The position numbers were made by a program, and so were the translations under genes. Of a DNA stretch of 64,000 nt, positions 7,711 to 17,789 are shown one piece after another (position 1 is the first letter of the stretch; each line of letters opens with the position of its first letter). Under the pieces are notes generated by a model. It saw only the letters and a program-made list of their open reading frames with translations. It ran no database searches and had not been told where the DNA came from. The stretch is taken from assembly GCA_025057995.1 (NCBI GenBank), contig JANXEW010000004.1:24801-88800 (forward strand), read 5' to 3'. The stretch is from Thermofilaceae archaeon (GTDB lineage Archaea > Thermoproteota > Thermoprotei > Thermofilales > Thermofilaceae).

Positions 7711-10608
7711 TCAGTCGAATGTTATCCTGAAAGCGTGCCCGTTTAACGCTAGCTCAATGATCCTGCCTACGGCATCCTCTTTCTTCACTCGCAGTACAGC
7801 TGACCTCACCTCCTGCGGAGGTACCTCTATCGGGTACTCGTCTACCAGCGTACCGTCTAGAAATAACGCAATTCGAGCTAAGTCGGCGACGTCACCATCG
7901 TTCCTAACCCGCGCTTTCAGGTTGACGTACCCTCCGGCTTGTTCAACCTCTACACCGAGCATGTTGAAACAAGCCTTAAACCACCTTCCCACTTCGAAGT
8001 CCCCCTGGAGCCTAATGTCTTCAGCAGAACTACCGACCATGACGGTGAACTTACCCGGCTCTACGACCCTCCTCAACTCTCTATCGTACATGGCCAAGTC
8101 ATCCGGAGTCAAGGTAAAGACTACTTCAGTCTCATCCCCAGGCTTCAAAGCTACGCGTTTAAAACGCTTAAGCTCCTTGATCGGCCTAGCTACACTCGAC
8201 ACTTGATCCCTTAAGTAGAGCTGAACAACCTCTTCCCCTTCGACACCTCCTGTATTTTTTACCGTGAAGCTGACTTTAATCCTCTTTCCTTCCTCTTCTG
8301 TTTCAACTTTCAGGTTGCTGTATTCGAACTTTGTGTAGCTTAACCCGTGTCCGAATGGGAATAGTGGTGCTCCAGTCATGTTTACGTAGTCGTACACTCT
8401 ACCGGAAGGCTTGTAGTTGTAGTAGAGTGGTAGTTGACCCTCATGGTGAGGCCAAGTGAAAGGCAGCCTACCAGCAGGATTATAATCGCCGAAAAGCACG
8501 TCAACAACAGCCAAACCACCCAACTCACCAGGATACCAAGCTTGAACTAAACAAGGAACCTTGTAAACCCAATCACCTACTACAGGTACTCCCGTCATGA
8601 GGACTACGATAAGCTTCTGGTTCGCGGCTAGAAGCCTCTCGATCAACTTCTCCTGCGATGCTGGGAGCCTGAGGGAAGCCCTATCCTTCTCCTCGCCTTC
8701 TATCACTTCAGCGAAGAAGATCACTGCGTCAGCCTCACTAGCTAATTCCACAGCTTTCCTCATCTCTTCAGATTCTACAAGATCCCAACCAAGCCTCACA
8801 GCTGCGTAACCGCGCGTCCTCGAGTACTCTACGACTAGGTCGTGTTCTTCCCTCACCAAGTCGATCTCCACGACCTTCTGTAGGCTTCTTCCCGTCGCAT
8901 CCACCTCAGCTAATACTTGAGAATCCAAGATCAACCTCGCTCTACCCCCCGCAACGCTGAGGCAGAGCTTATACCTACCCTGCTTAGGGGGAAGTAGACG
9001 CCCTGAGAACCGAACAGAATAGTTGTCAGACATCACTGAAGCGTGCGGTTTCCTATAACCGAGCTCATACCTGAAACCACCCCAGTATAGTCCAACGTAG
9101 TCAACCACAGGCTTCCCCTCGAAGTTCGGGTTGTCAAATACTTCGATGCGGACACCGTCGCCCTCCACGCCTCTGGGAGGAGCTATGTAGTTTAACCGAA
9201 CGCCGGGAAGCCAGTTGTGTAAGCCGCTCGAGCATTCAAGCCCTATGGGCACCGCTTCAACGTAATCAAGTTTCACGCCACAATCCTTTACTTTATCAGC
9301 TATAGCCTCTAACGGGGTAACCGTGGAGCGAGGAGTTCCGCTGTAGCCTCCGAGCTTTAAGTGTTTTGCAGCACCTCCAACCACTAGGAGCCTCCGCAAC
9401 TTTCTCCTATCTAGCGGTAGCACGCTATCGTTCTTGAGGAGGACTATAGCTTTCCTCGCCGCCTCTAGGGCGAGCTTTTTGTGTTCTTCGCAGCCCACTA
9501 TTTTCTCCGCTTCATCTGGATCGATGAAGGGGTTATCGAAGAGGCCTATCGTGAACTTAACGAATAGAACGCGCCGGACAGCCTCGTCAATGACTTCAGC
9601 AGCTATCAACCCTTCCTTAACAGCTTTCTCAAGTGCTTCACCGTAAACGTCGACCCTCGGGAGCTCAACCTCGAGACCGGCTTCGAGAGCGAGCTTTGCA
9701 GCCATCTCCTTTAGATCGGTAGCATAGTGATGAGTAATGATACCACTCACTGAACCGTAGTCGGAGACGACGAAGCCTCGGAAACCCCACTTTCGCCTGA
9801 GCACATCCGTGAGAAGCCAACGGTTACTAGAGCAAGGTACTCCGTCAAGGGAGTTGTACGCAGCCATTATGGAGAGAGCCCCAGCTTTTACGCACGCGCG
9901 GAAGGGAGGGAAGAAGATCTCCCTTAGGATCCTCTCGGAGAGGTCTACAGAGAAACTATCGCGACCTCCTTCAGCTTCAAAGTTTACGACGAAGTGCTTG
10001 GGTGTGGCGATAACCCCTTCTTCGCGAAGTGCCTTGCAGAAAGCTTCACCCATGATCGAAGCTAGGTAGGGATCCTCGCCGTACGTTTCCTCAGTCCTTC
10101 CAGCCCTGACGTCTCTGGCTAGGTTGACCACAGGGGAGAGACACTGGTGTATACCCCTAGCCCTCGTCTCCCTAGCTATCGCTTTCGCTACCCTATACAC
10201 TAGATCAGGATCCCAAGTCGCTGCTAAAGCTATAGCTTGAGGAAATTGAGTTGAAAACATGGCCATACAACCGTGGAGGCATTCGTCGTGGATGATCACA
10301 GGGATGCCTAGCCTCGTCCCTTCTATCATCTTCCTTTGAATTTCGTTAGCTAGTTTAGCTCCATCCTTCGGGGGCATGGCTCTAAGGATGATAGATAGGT
10401 TCCCAACTTCACCGAATTCAAAGCTGGAGCGCAGCTGTGCGAGTTTCTCCTCCAATGTCATCAAGCTAAGTAGATCCTCCACTCTCTCCTCAACAGGCTT
10501 CGAAGGATCCTCGTAGGGATCCATGACGCCGTTCTTATTGAAATCGATCCAGCCGTCCTTGTAGATGCCGACGGACTCTGCGCCTTCAGGAATGAAAAAC
10601 CGCCGCAC
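7711..10608 (-). CDS. GH3 beta-glucosidase/xylosidase with PA14 insert and Fn3-like domain
   Basis: RLGIP..DECLHG, GRTEETYGEDP, TPKHF, WGFRGFVVSDY nucleophile, PA14-like insert, PFGHGLSYT, EVVQLY. Confidence 0.93.
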   Translation of the reverse strand: MRRFFIPEGAESVGIYKDGWIDFNKNGVMDPYEDPSKPVEERVEDLLSLMTLEEKLAQLRSSFEFGEVGNLSIILRAMPPKDGAKLANEIQRKMIEGTRLGIPVIIHDECLHGCMAMFSTQFPQAIALAATWDPDLVYRVAKAIARETRARGIHQCLSPVVNLARDVRAGRTEETYGEDPYLASIMGEAFCKALREEGVIATPKHFVVNFEAEGGRDSFSVDLSERILREIFFPPFRACVKAGALSIMAAYNSLDGVPCSSNRWLLTDVLRRKWGFRGFVVSDYGSVSGIITHHYATDLKEMAAKLALEAGLEVELPRVDVYGEALEKAVKEGLIAAEVIDEAVRRVLFVKFTIGLFDNPFIDPDEAEKIVGCEEHKKLALEAARKAIVLLKNDSVLPLDRRKLRRLLVVGGAAKHLKLGGYSGTPRSTVTPLEAIADKVKDCGVKLDYVEAVPIGLECSSGLHNWLPGVRLNYIAPPRGVEGDGVRIEVFDNPNFEGKPVVDYVGLYWGGFRYELGYRKPHASVMSDNYSVRFSGRLLPPKQGRYKLCLSVAGGRARLILDSQVLAEVDATGRSLQKVVEIDLVREEHDLVVEYSRTRGYAAVRLGWDLVESEEMRKAVELASEADAVIFFAEVIEGEEKDRASLRLPASQEKLIERLLAANQKLIVVLMTGVPVVGDWVYKVPCLVQAWYPGELGGLAVVDVLFGDYNPAGRLPFTWPHHEGQLPLYYNYKPSGRVYDYVNMTGAPLFPFGHGLSYTKFEYSNLKVETEEEGKRIKVSFTVKNTGGVEGEEVVQLYLRDQVSSVARPIKELKRFKRVALKPGDETEVVFTLTPDDLAMYDRELRRVVEPGKFTVMVGSSAEDIRLQGDFEVGRWFKACFNMLGVEVEQAGGYVNLKARVRNDGDVADLARIALFLDGTLVDEYPIEVPPQEVRSAVLRVKKEDAVGRIIELALNGHAFRITFD

Positions 10609-10782
10609 GTTAAAAGCGGGGGCGCGGCGTAAAAATCTTTAGCGGTTACCTTAACTAAAGTCGTCTCCGATAGTTTCATCTTCTAGAGAAACGCGTAAGT
10701 TTATCCCCGGCATCATAAACCCGGTAGCGCGGTAGAACTTAGGTTAAATAGGCTTAAGCTTTTTACAACAGTGGTTTAGCGT

Positions 10783-11235
10783 ATGACAGGCCCGGGGGAG
10801 GGTAAGATTCCCCTTGAAGCTAAGGTTCGACTCGGCTCAAAGTATATCGTCTGCGACGTCTACCTTCACGTTAAAGGATACTCGATGGCACGTGTTACAC
10901 ATGTAGACCTTGAAAGCGACGAGTTGAACACTGTGATACCTCCGAGGGCGTCAACGTACGCCAAGTTGTACTCAACTGACACGTCGATACGACTGCTCTT
11001 TAAGGAACCGTTGATACAGGAAGGACCTAGCGTAGTCCGCGAGTTAGTAATCTACTGCCCTGAGCTGGCTAAGACGTTGGGCTCGGTGCGAGACACGGTC
11101 TACGTGGGCGGTAAGGAGGGAGGGATCTTCCTGGGCTTCAGACGCGAGCAGATCAGTAAGCTGGAGAGACTTGCTGTACAGCTCGGTGTACCCCCGGTTA
11201 AGAGTAACCGTATTTTACCAGAGGAGAACCGTTGA
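10783..11235 (+). CDS. Hypothetical protein
   Basis: 150-aa ORF with an AT-rich upstream region, 3 nt before the kinase gene; no motif recognised. Confidence 0.6.
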   Translation: MTGPGEGKIPLEAKVRLGSKYIVCDVYLHVKGYSMARVTHVDLESDELNTVIPPRASTYAKLYSTDTSIRLLFKEPLIQEGPSVVRELVIYCPELAKTLGSVRDTVYVGGKEGGIFLGFRREQISKLERLAVQLGVPPVKSNRILPEENR

Positions 11236-11238
11236 TCT

Positions 11239-12732
11239 GTGAGCGTAGCGTTGGTATTCGACTGTGGTTCCACCAACATCAGGGTCGCAGCCGTCGATGA
11301 ATCAGGAGAAATCCTGGCTCAAGCGAGCGCGCCAAACGGTCCAATCCCCCAGCCCGGGTCTGAGGGATGGTTAGTCTGGGACGTAGATGGGATTTGGTTG
11401 ACTCTCTGTAGGCTTTCGCGAGAGGTTCTAAAACAGGTTGGTTCAGAGAACGTCGCTGCGGTCTCCGTTACGACTTGGGGAGCGGACGGGGCCCTCATAA
11501 AACGCGATGGGAGCCTCGCCTACCCAGCGATCTCATGGCAGTGCCAGCGAACTCGCGAGGTCGTCCACGAGGTTCTAGAACTCATCGATCCTAGGAAGAT
11601 ATTCAGGATCACCGGCTACCAAGTCATCCACTTTAATACGCTGTTTAAATGGTTCTGGATTAAGAGAAATGTTCCCGAGGCTTTTAAACAGGCGTATACG
11701 TGGCTTATGATGCCCGGAGTGGTCGCCGTAAGGTTATGTGGAGTGCACCACGTGGACCCTACGAGCGCTTCAACGACCATGGCCATGAACATGGGGAAGA
11801 GAGATTGGAGCGAGGAGATGCTCGCGCTTGCAGGTTTAGATCCAGGGTTTTTCCCCGAGTGGATTGAACCCGGCGAGGTCGTCGGCTACGTATCGGAGAA
11901 GGCGTCCCGCGAGACAGGTATCAACGCTGGCACTCCCGTAGTCTCAGCAGGCCACGACACGCAGTTCGCGATTCTAGCCGCACACGCTCAAGAGGGGGAA
12001 GCTGTCCTATCTAGTGGAACCTGGGAGATACTGGCTTTGCGCCTCAACCGTTTCGACCCCAACGATGATGCTCTAGAGTTGGGTGTACTAATAGAAGCCG
12101 ACGTGGAGAAAGGTAAGTGGAACCCGCAACTACTAATGATTGCTTCAGCTGTCCTAGAGTGGCTTAAAAGACTAGTATACCCTGAGTTAACGCCGGGCGA
12201 TTACGGGAAGATGGTCGAAGAGGCGGAATCGATTGAACCAGGATCGGGAGGCTTACTCTTCGTCCCCAGCTTCGTCCCCGACTCAGGTCCCCTGGCTAAG
12301 TATGGAGTGAAGGGGGTTATAGAAGGTTTACAACTTGGGACGAGTAGAGGCCACTTGTACAGGTCTGCGCTAGAAGGGCTTTCAATGCAGCTCCGCTTAG
12401 CTCTTGAGTCGCTAGAGAGGGCTTACAAGTTCAAAGCTAGGGGTGTTAGAGTGGTAGGCGGCGGCTCGAGAAATGACCTGTGGAACAGGATTAGGGCGGG
12501 CGTATTAGGGCTTTCAGTCTCCGCCCCGAGGTGGAGTGAAGCTACCGTCATTGGAGCTGCGATTGCCGCATTTAAGGGAGCAGGGGTCTACAGGAGTTTT
12601 GAGGAAGGGTTAAGAAACGTGAGTTACGATTTGAGAATATTCGAGCCGAAGTTCACTAATAGGTATGATGTAATGTACAGGTACTTCATAGCTACTGTAG
12701 AATCTCTCTCGCAGGCTATGCGGAGAGTTTAA
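11239..12732 (+). CDS. fucK: FGGY carbohydrate kinase, L-fuculokinase-like
   Basis: FDCGSTNIR, VTTWGADG, YPAISWQC, SAGHDTQFA, LSSGTWEIL, VGGGSRN..WN.IRA match FucK-type FGGY kinases. Confidence 0.75.
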   Translation: MSVALVFDCGSTNIRVAAVDESGEILAQASAPNGPIPQPGSEGWLVWDVDGIWLTLCRLSREVLKQVGSENVAAVSVTTWGADGALIKRDGSLAYPAISWQCQRTREVVHEVLELIDPRKIFRITGYQVIHFNTLFKWFWIKRNVPEAFKQAYTWLMMPGVVAVRLCGVHHVDPTSASTTMAMNMGKRDWSEEMLALAGLDPGFFPEWIEPGEVVGYVSEKASRETGINAGTPVVSAGHDTQFAILAAHAQEGEAVLSSGTWEILALRLNRFDPNDDALELGVLIEADVEKGKWNPQLLMIASAVLEWLKRLVYPELTPGDYGKMVEEAESIEPGSGGLLFVPSFVPDSGPLAKYGVKGVIEGLQLGTSRGHLYRSALEGLSMQLRLALESLERAYKFKARGVRVVGGGSRNDLWNRIRAGVLGLSVSAPRWSEATVIGAAIAAFKGAGVYRSFEEGLRNVSYDLRIFEPKFTNRYDVMYRYFIATVESLSQAMRRV

Positions 12733-13269
12733 CAGAAAATAATTAGGATTTGATCGAGTGAAGCGTTTAGATTTAAGCCGTATCCCGTTGAACGGTTTAT
12801 CCGCAGGAGAGGGTAGAACAGATACCGTGAATTAACCCCGTCAATGGTTGCGTGTACATCTTCCGTCATCGCCCCTAAATCTCAAGAGCTCGACGTCTAT
12901 ATATTTGGCGTAGAAGTACGTGACGATACTGTATCGGTTTGAGTAATGTATTGTGCTTAAACCCCTACAGGTATTCATGGTCATCGGAACAGACGATGAC
13001 TAAGAGCATTCGTAGAACAGCTGGTTTTGACTAGGAGGGCTACTGCCGACACTAACGTAGATCGTGGAGATAAAGCAGAACATTGAAAAGAAGAAAAGAT
13101 CATCTTGAGGTCACGCTTCCACATCAGTGGGACAATCGTGAAAAGCTGCGTCTGCAGGCGCTTTTTAGATCCCACCGTTAACGTATTGGAGAAAGCCGCT
13201 CACCTAGACTCTTGCAGCTCTATAATCGCCTAAGCGGTTCTAAAACTGTAGCGTGATTTTAATGAAGCC

Positions 13270-14106
13270 CTAGCGCTCCATCGCCATCGCTGCCAACGCC
13301 CAAAGTTCCACGAGCTTGTAAGCTTCGACAATGTCTCGGGCTGTATACTCTACGGTAAGCGGTGCTGTTCTCCGAGTCTTTGGCACAAGGCTAGCTACTT
13401 CAGCGTAGGAAGTCGAGTTGAAGATTGCGCGCAGCTCAAGAGGTTCCCTAGCGGTGAGCGGTTTAGCTTCACCGGCTTTTAATCTTCTAACAGCTTCTGT
13501 TACGCTCTCCTTAAGCAGTAGTTTAACCCGTTCTAGACTTGGACTTCTAGCTGAGAAGCGACTCAAGCTGGTCTTGAGCGGTACTCTAACCGCCCACGGC
13601 GCATGCTTAGCTACGTCGTCTTCAAGCAGCTTAACGTCGCCCGCCACTAAGATTACGGGTTTACCGTAAAAGCCAGCAACGTACGCGTTAAGGAGGAACT
13701 CGCTAACTTCTACCTCGTTGATATGGATGGAGCGGTAAACTCTACCACTATACGTGTGATCGAAAGCAGAACCTTCTGTGCCGAACTTCGCGTGGTAACC
13801 TACGAAGAGCACCGCTTCAGCCTCTTCTACGCATGCCACCATGCTCGTAGGTCTTGGGAAGCCTCTGATGACTTCAACGTACTCCGGCAGCTTCTCAACG
13901 TCTAGATTCACCATTTCGCCATGACTGTCCGCCACTAGTACTTCAGAGAAACCTTGCTTGTGAAGCTCCTCAGCAAGCGTCGACACAATCGTGGTTGATA
14001 TCCTCCTAGTCTCATCGAAGAAGGGTCTGCCCGGAGAGAGATGGTCTCTAGAAACGATGAAAGGCATGCCTTCTACGTCCACTGAAATATAGGCCTTCAT
14101 CAACAT
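13270..14106 (-). CDS. dppA: D-aminopeptidase, peptidase M55 (DppA family)
   Basis: YISVDVEG, VADSHG.MVN, FVGYHA, HTY, SEFLLNA, VAGD. Confidence 0.88.
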   Translation of the reverse strand: MLMKAYISVDVEGMPFIVSRDHLSPGRPFFDETRRISTTIVSTLAEELHKQGFSEVLVADSHGEMVNLDVEKLPEYVEVIRGFPRPTSMVACVEEAEAVLFVGYHAKFGTEGSAFDHTYSGRVYRSIHINEVEVSEFLLNAYVAGFYGKPVILVAGDVKLLEDDVAKHAPWAVRVPLKTSLSRFSARSPSLERVKLLLKESVTEAVRRLKAGEAKPLTAREPLELRAIFNSTSYAEVASLVPKTRRTAPLTVEYTARDIVEAYKLVELWALAAMAMER

Positions 14107-14244
14107 ACCATCTTACGGGTGGCCAAATAAGCTTACGCTATTCAGGTTTATCGTAACACATCGTGAATCGAAAGGTGGTTGTAGAGAGTCAGCTAACATC
14201 GCTCAGCCGACAAGCCATAAATACCTGAAAGACTAGAAGCCTTC

Positions 14245-14745
14245 ATGGAGCAGAACATCCTGATCGCCTACTACTCTTGGTCAGGGAACACACGCAGCCT
14301 CGCTGAAGTGATACACCGGTTCGTCAAAGGTGTCCTCTTCGAGATCGAGCCCCAGACACCTTACCCTAGCTCATACGACGAAACCGTGAAGCAGGCCAGA
14401 GAAGAGATCCGGAAGGGGTTTAAACCAGCGTTGAAGTCTAAACTGGAAACGGTTGAACCCTACAAGATTATCTTCATCGGTAGCCCCAACTGGTGGGGGA
14501 CTGTAGCACCGCCTGTGGCTAGTTTCCTAAGCATGTATGATCTCTCAGGTAAAGTGATAGCGCCCTTCTTCACTCACGGGGGAGGAGGTCTACAGCGTAT
14601 GCTGACAGCAGTCAAACAACTCTGTCCTAAATCAATCGTGCTCGAGCCACTCGTCGTCTACGAAGAGGGTGTGCACACAGCTGAAACGAGCGTGTCCGCT
14701 TGGTTGAAGAGGATTAACATTGAAAGGTACTTTGGCAACCCGTAG
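14245..14745 (+). CDS. Flavodoxin
   Basis: IAYYSWSGNT FMN-binding loop, IGSPNWWG, PFFTHGGGG. Confidence 0.9.
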   Translation: MEQNILIAYYSWSGNTRSLAEVIHRFVKGVLFEIEPQTPYPSSYDETVKQAREEIRKGFKPALKSKLETVEPYKIIFIGSPNWWGTVAPPVASFLSMYDLSGKVIAPFFTHGGGGLQRMLTAVKQLCPKSIVLEPLVVYEEGVHTAETSVSAWLKRINIERYFGNP

Positions 14746-14754
14746 GTCAGATTA

Positions 14755-15657
14755 GTGCCTCGACTCAGGGCTTGGGAAGGGTACAGTCTCGAGATAACGT
14801 TAGCCCCATCTTTCATAAGGGCCCTTTTCGAGAAAAGAGGCTCATCCTACGTGAAGATCGCTGGAAGAAGCAGAGAAGCCGTCATATATCAAGAGGATGA
14901 GTGGGTAGTCTGCGAAGGTTGTAGTGGAGAAGAGCTATCTTTCTGGAGTGGGCTATGGCTAGACCGGGGGCTTGTTGAAGAAAGAGCTCCGCTCCTAGCG
15001 AAAGCTCAGAAGGGCTTAGGGCTCTCCGTTGACCCTTTCGACCGACATTTGATCTTCACGGCTGTGTTCCTGAGCAGAGCGACGAATTGGGAGGGAAACG
15101 TGTTGAAGTGGTGTAGAAGCATTTTCTCGAGAGCTGAGACGTTGGATGACTTGTTTGAATTCGACTTTTCCAGATTGGAGAGAAGCTTCCAACTCACCCA
15201 ACTCAAGAGAGCATTAATGAGTTATGCGGAAGTTGCCGACTTTAGGGATGTTTGGGAGGCAAGGAGAAGGCTTCTAAATATAAAGAACGTGGGACCGAAG
15301 CTCGCTGACGCTTACTTAATCTTCTCCGGTTTAGACTCAAACGCCGCTCCCATCGACAGGCATGCACTACGCATGGCTTCTAGACTCGGAATAACTGGGA
15401 AACCCCCGAGAAAGAGTTTCTGCCTTAGATACCCTTGCCCTAGCTGTCCGCTATCCGAGCAATGTCTTAGATCGCGTTTAGCAAAGCTCTACCATCCGGT
15501 TGCCGGATGGGTTCAGACAGCGTTCTACCTTCACGATAAAACCTTCTGCTCGACTAGAGCTTGCTCTAGCTGTCCGCTCTCCAGCTCCTGTAAAACAATA
15601 TCAACTACCTCCGTCTCTACTGACACGCGATGGAGAGGAGAGGCTACGACCCCTTGA
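14755..15657 (+). CDS. HhH-GPD superfamily DNA glycosylase/AP lyase with two Cys4 clusters
   Basis: HhH LLNIKNVGPKLAD, catalytic Asp in APIDRH, two CX4CX2CX5C motifs. Confidence 0.8.
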   Translation: MPRLRAWEGYSLEITLAPSFIRALFEKRGSSYVKIAGRSREAVIYQEDEWVVCEGCSGEELSFWSGLWLDRGLVEERAPLLAKAQKGLGLSVDPFDRHLIFTAVFLSRATNWEGNVLKWCRSIFSRAETLDDLFEFDFSRLERSFQLTQLKRALMSYAEVADFRDVWEARRRLLNIKNVGPKLADAYLIFSGLDSNAAPIDRHALRMASRLGITGKPPRKSFCLRYPCPSCPLSEQCLRSRLAKLYHPVAGWVQTAFYLHDKTFCSTRACSSCPLSSSCKTISTTSVSTDTRWRGEATTP

Positions 15658-16394
15658 AGACTTCAGAAGTGCTTAGAAACATCGTTTGTATAGAGAATCG
15701 ACGAAGGTACTACAGGTTTCGAGGAGGACGCTGGTACGGCGGGATAGCTACCGCGGACTGCGTAGGCTGTAACTTGCGCTGTGTCTTCTGCTGGGGTTGG
15801 CAGGTTCGCGATAAACCCCGTAGCGTAGGACGGTTCTACACTCCTCAAGAAGTTTCTAGGAACCTTCTTCAAATAGCTGAGCGCAAAGGTTACACACAGG
15901 TTAGGATCAGCGGCAACGAGCCTACGCTTTCATGGGGGCATCTGCTGGAGGTGATCGGTCAAATTGAAGCTGCTAACTTAAGCTTTATTCTAGAGACGAA
16001 TGGTATATTGATAGGCAGCGATAAAAGCTACGCGAGGGATTTATCCAAGTTTTCTAACCTCCACGTTAGAGTTTCGATAAAAGGAACTAGCCCTCAGGAG
16101 TTCCACGTGCTCACCGGCGCCGTGCCTGAAGCTTTCTACTTTCAACTTAAGGCTCTCGAAAACCTTCTCGACTACAATGTGACAGCCCATCCGGCTGTAA
16201 TGGTCTCTTTCACTGAACCTGGAAACGTTGAACGTTTGAAATCCATGCTCGCCGACATTGATAAAACTCTAGTCGCCGAGTTTGAAGAAGAGTACGTTTT
16301 CCTGTACCCTCACGTAGTTAAACAATTGACGAAAGCAGGGATTCGGCCTAGGAAAGCTTACGCGCCTGATAACATACCGGAGGAACTAGTGTAG
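15630..16394 (+). CDS. Radical SAM protein (activating-enzyme-like)
   Basis: CNLRCVFC (CX3CX2C), ISGNEP, LETNG, VRVSIKG. Confidence 0.9.
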   Translation: MERRGYDPLKTSEVLRNIVCIENRRRYYRFRGGRWYGGIATADCVGCNLRCVFCWGWQVRDKPRSVGRFYTPQEVSRNLLQIAERKGYTQVRISGNEPTLSWGHLLEVIGQIEAANLSFILETNGILIGSDKSYARDLSKFSNLHVRVSIKGTSPQEFHVLTGAVPEAFYFQLKALENLLDYNVTAHPAVMVSFTEPGNVERLKSMLADIDKTLVAEFEEEYVFLYPHVVKQLTKAGIRPRKAYAPDNIPEELV

Positions 16395-16502
16395 AATAAC
16401 GAGAAGAGAGTTATTACGCGCTTGAAACGTTTTCTTTCCGACACTTTAGTTAATCGTCAAACGACAATGTTTATTTAGCCAAAAAATGAAAGCGTGTGCA
16501 TT

Positions 16503-17789
16503 ATGGGAAACCTTCCCACGTACGAAGCATTGGAGAAGAAAGCACGAGAAAGCAAGTTCCTCAACGAGCCTCACGTGAAGAAGTTGATGGAACTGGCGCA
16601 AGATAAAAGCCTTTTCGAGAAATCGCCTGAGCATCTCTCAAAAATAAGGAGGGATTTGCTGAGGAGCTCACTGGATTTCTTCGCTAGAAACTACGAGTTC
16701 TACGAGAAGCTTCTGGAGACTCATGACATTGACCCGAAAGCGGCTGATTTCGAAGATCTTGCCAAGCTGGCTGTTCCATCTGACATGTTGAGAGGTGAAG
16801 GTTACGCTAGGTTCCTTATACCCAACAGGGATGGAGACGGTTTTACATTCCGATCAAGCGGCACAAGCGGTAAGGAGCCGGTAAAGATCTACAGAAGCCC
16901 GCTCGAGCTAGTTATGATGACCGTAGCTAACGCCAACCTCTTCGAGTACGTTTACGGAAGGGGTCTCGAGCCGGGCAAGGGTCTAGCCCTCTTCCTAGCA
17001 GCTGAGGAGCTGAAGAACCACTTGAACTTCGTAGCTTTCGTCGACCTAGCTCTACAGTACAAGAAGATAAAGCTGCTTTATGGAATGGATCTCGTCCAAG
17101 ACACTAGCGGAACCCCGATGTGGAAAAGACTGGTCCCCAACAGGGAGAGAATACTTCAGTTTATCAAGAGTAAGGATGAACCTAAGCTCTTCTTCTCAGC
17201 TCCAGCTGGCGTACACCTCTTATCGAAACAATTTAGTAGCTTAAACTTCTTCAAGAAAATGGTCTACAAGCTCGTCGCCGGGGCTCCGCCAATAAACTTA
17301 GGGAGGGGGGGTGTAATAGTGACCGGAGGCGGCGCTAAAGGCTTCGAAGTCCCCGAGTATGGTGTGATAGTTGAAGAGGCGAGGAAAGTCTTCAGGGCGG
17401 AGGACGCGTCAACGGGAGAAGAGGTTCCAGTTCCCTTTATGGATGTGTTAGGCATGACTGAAACTTTGACGGCGTTGCTAGACAAGTACGGTGTAATGCA
17501 TAAGATACCTCACCCGCTACAGGAGGTTTTCCTACTAGACCCTAAGACTTACAAGCCCATGAATGAGTTCAATAAGGACGGGCTCATAGCTATATTCGAC
17601 CCACTTGCCTTATCCTGGCTGGAGGTGTTCATCCCCGGCGACGTCGTAAGACAAATCCCGTCTGAGAAGTATTACGGTAGGGAGTTTATCTACGTGAGGA
17701 GGCTTACAGCGGAGGAAGGGTGGGATCTTCAAAGAGCGTGCGGAGGTACGCTTGAGGAACTGATGTATAAGGGTGCCCCCATGCGATGA
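16503..17789 (+). CDS. luxE: LuxE-like acyl-protein synthetase (ANL superfamily)
   Basis: FRSSGTSG P-loop, VTGGGAKG, DVLGMTE, GDV..R hinge and C-terminal RAC cysteine; ATG at 16503 preferred over the ORF-track start at 16494. Confidence 0.7.
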   Translation: MGNLPTYEALEKKARESKFLNEPHVKKLMELAQDKSLFEKSPEHLSKIRRDLLRSSLDFFARNYEFYEKLLETHDIDPKAADFEDLAKLAVPSDMLRGEGYARFLIPNRDGDGFTFRSSGTSGKEPVKIYRSPLELVMMTVANANLFEYVYGRGLEPGKGLALFLAAEELKNHLNFVAFVDLALQYKKIKLLYGMDLVQDTSGTPMWKRLVPNRERILQFIKSKDEPKLFFSAPAGVHLLSKQFSSLNFFKKMVYKLVAGAPPINLGRGGVIVTGGGAKGFEVPEYGVIVEEARKVFRAEDASTGEEVPVPFMDVLGMTETLTALLDKYGVMHKIPHPLQEVFLLDPKTYKPMNEFNKDGLIAIFDPLALSWLEVFIPGDVVRQIPSEKYYGREFIYVRRLTAEEGWDLQRACGGTLEELMYKGAPMR

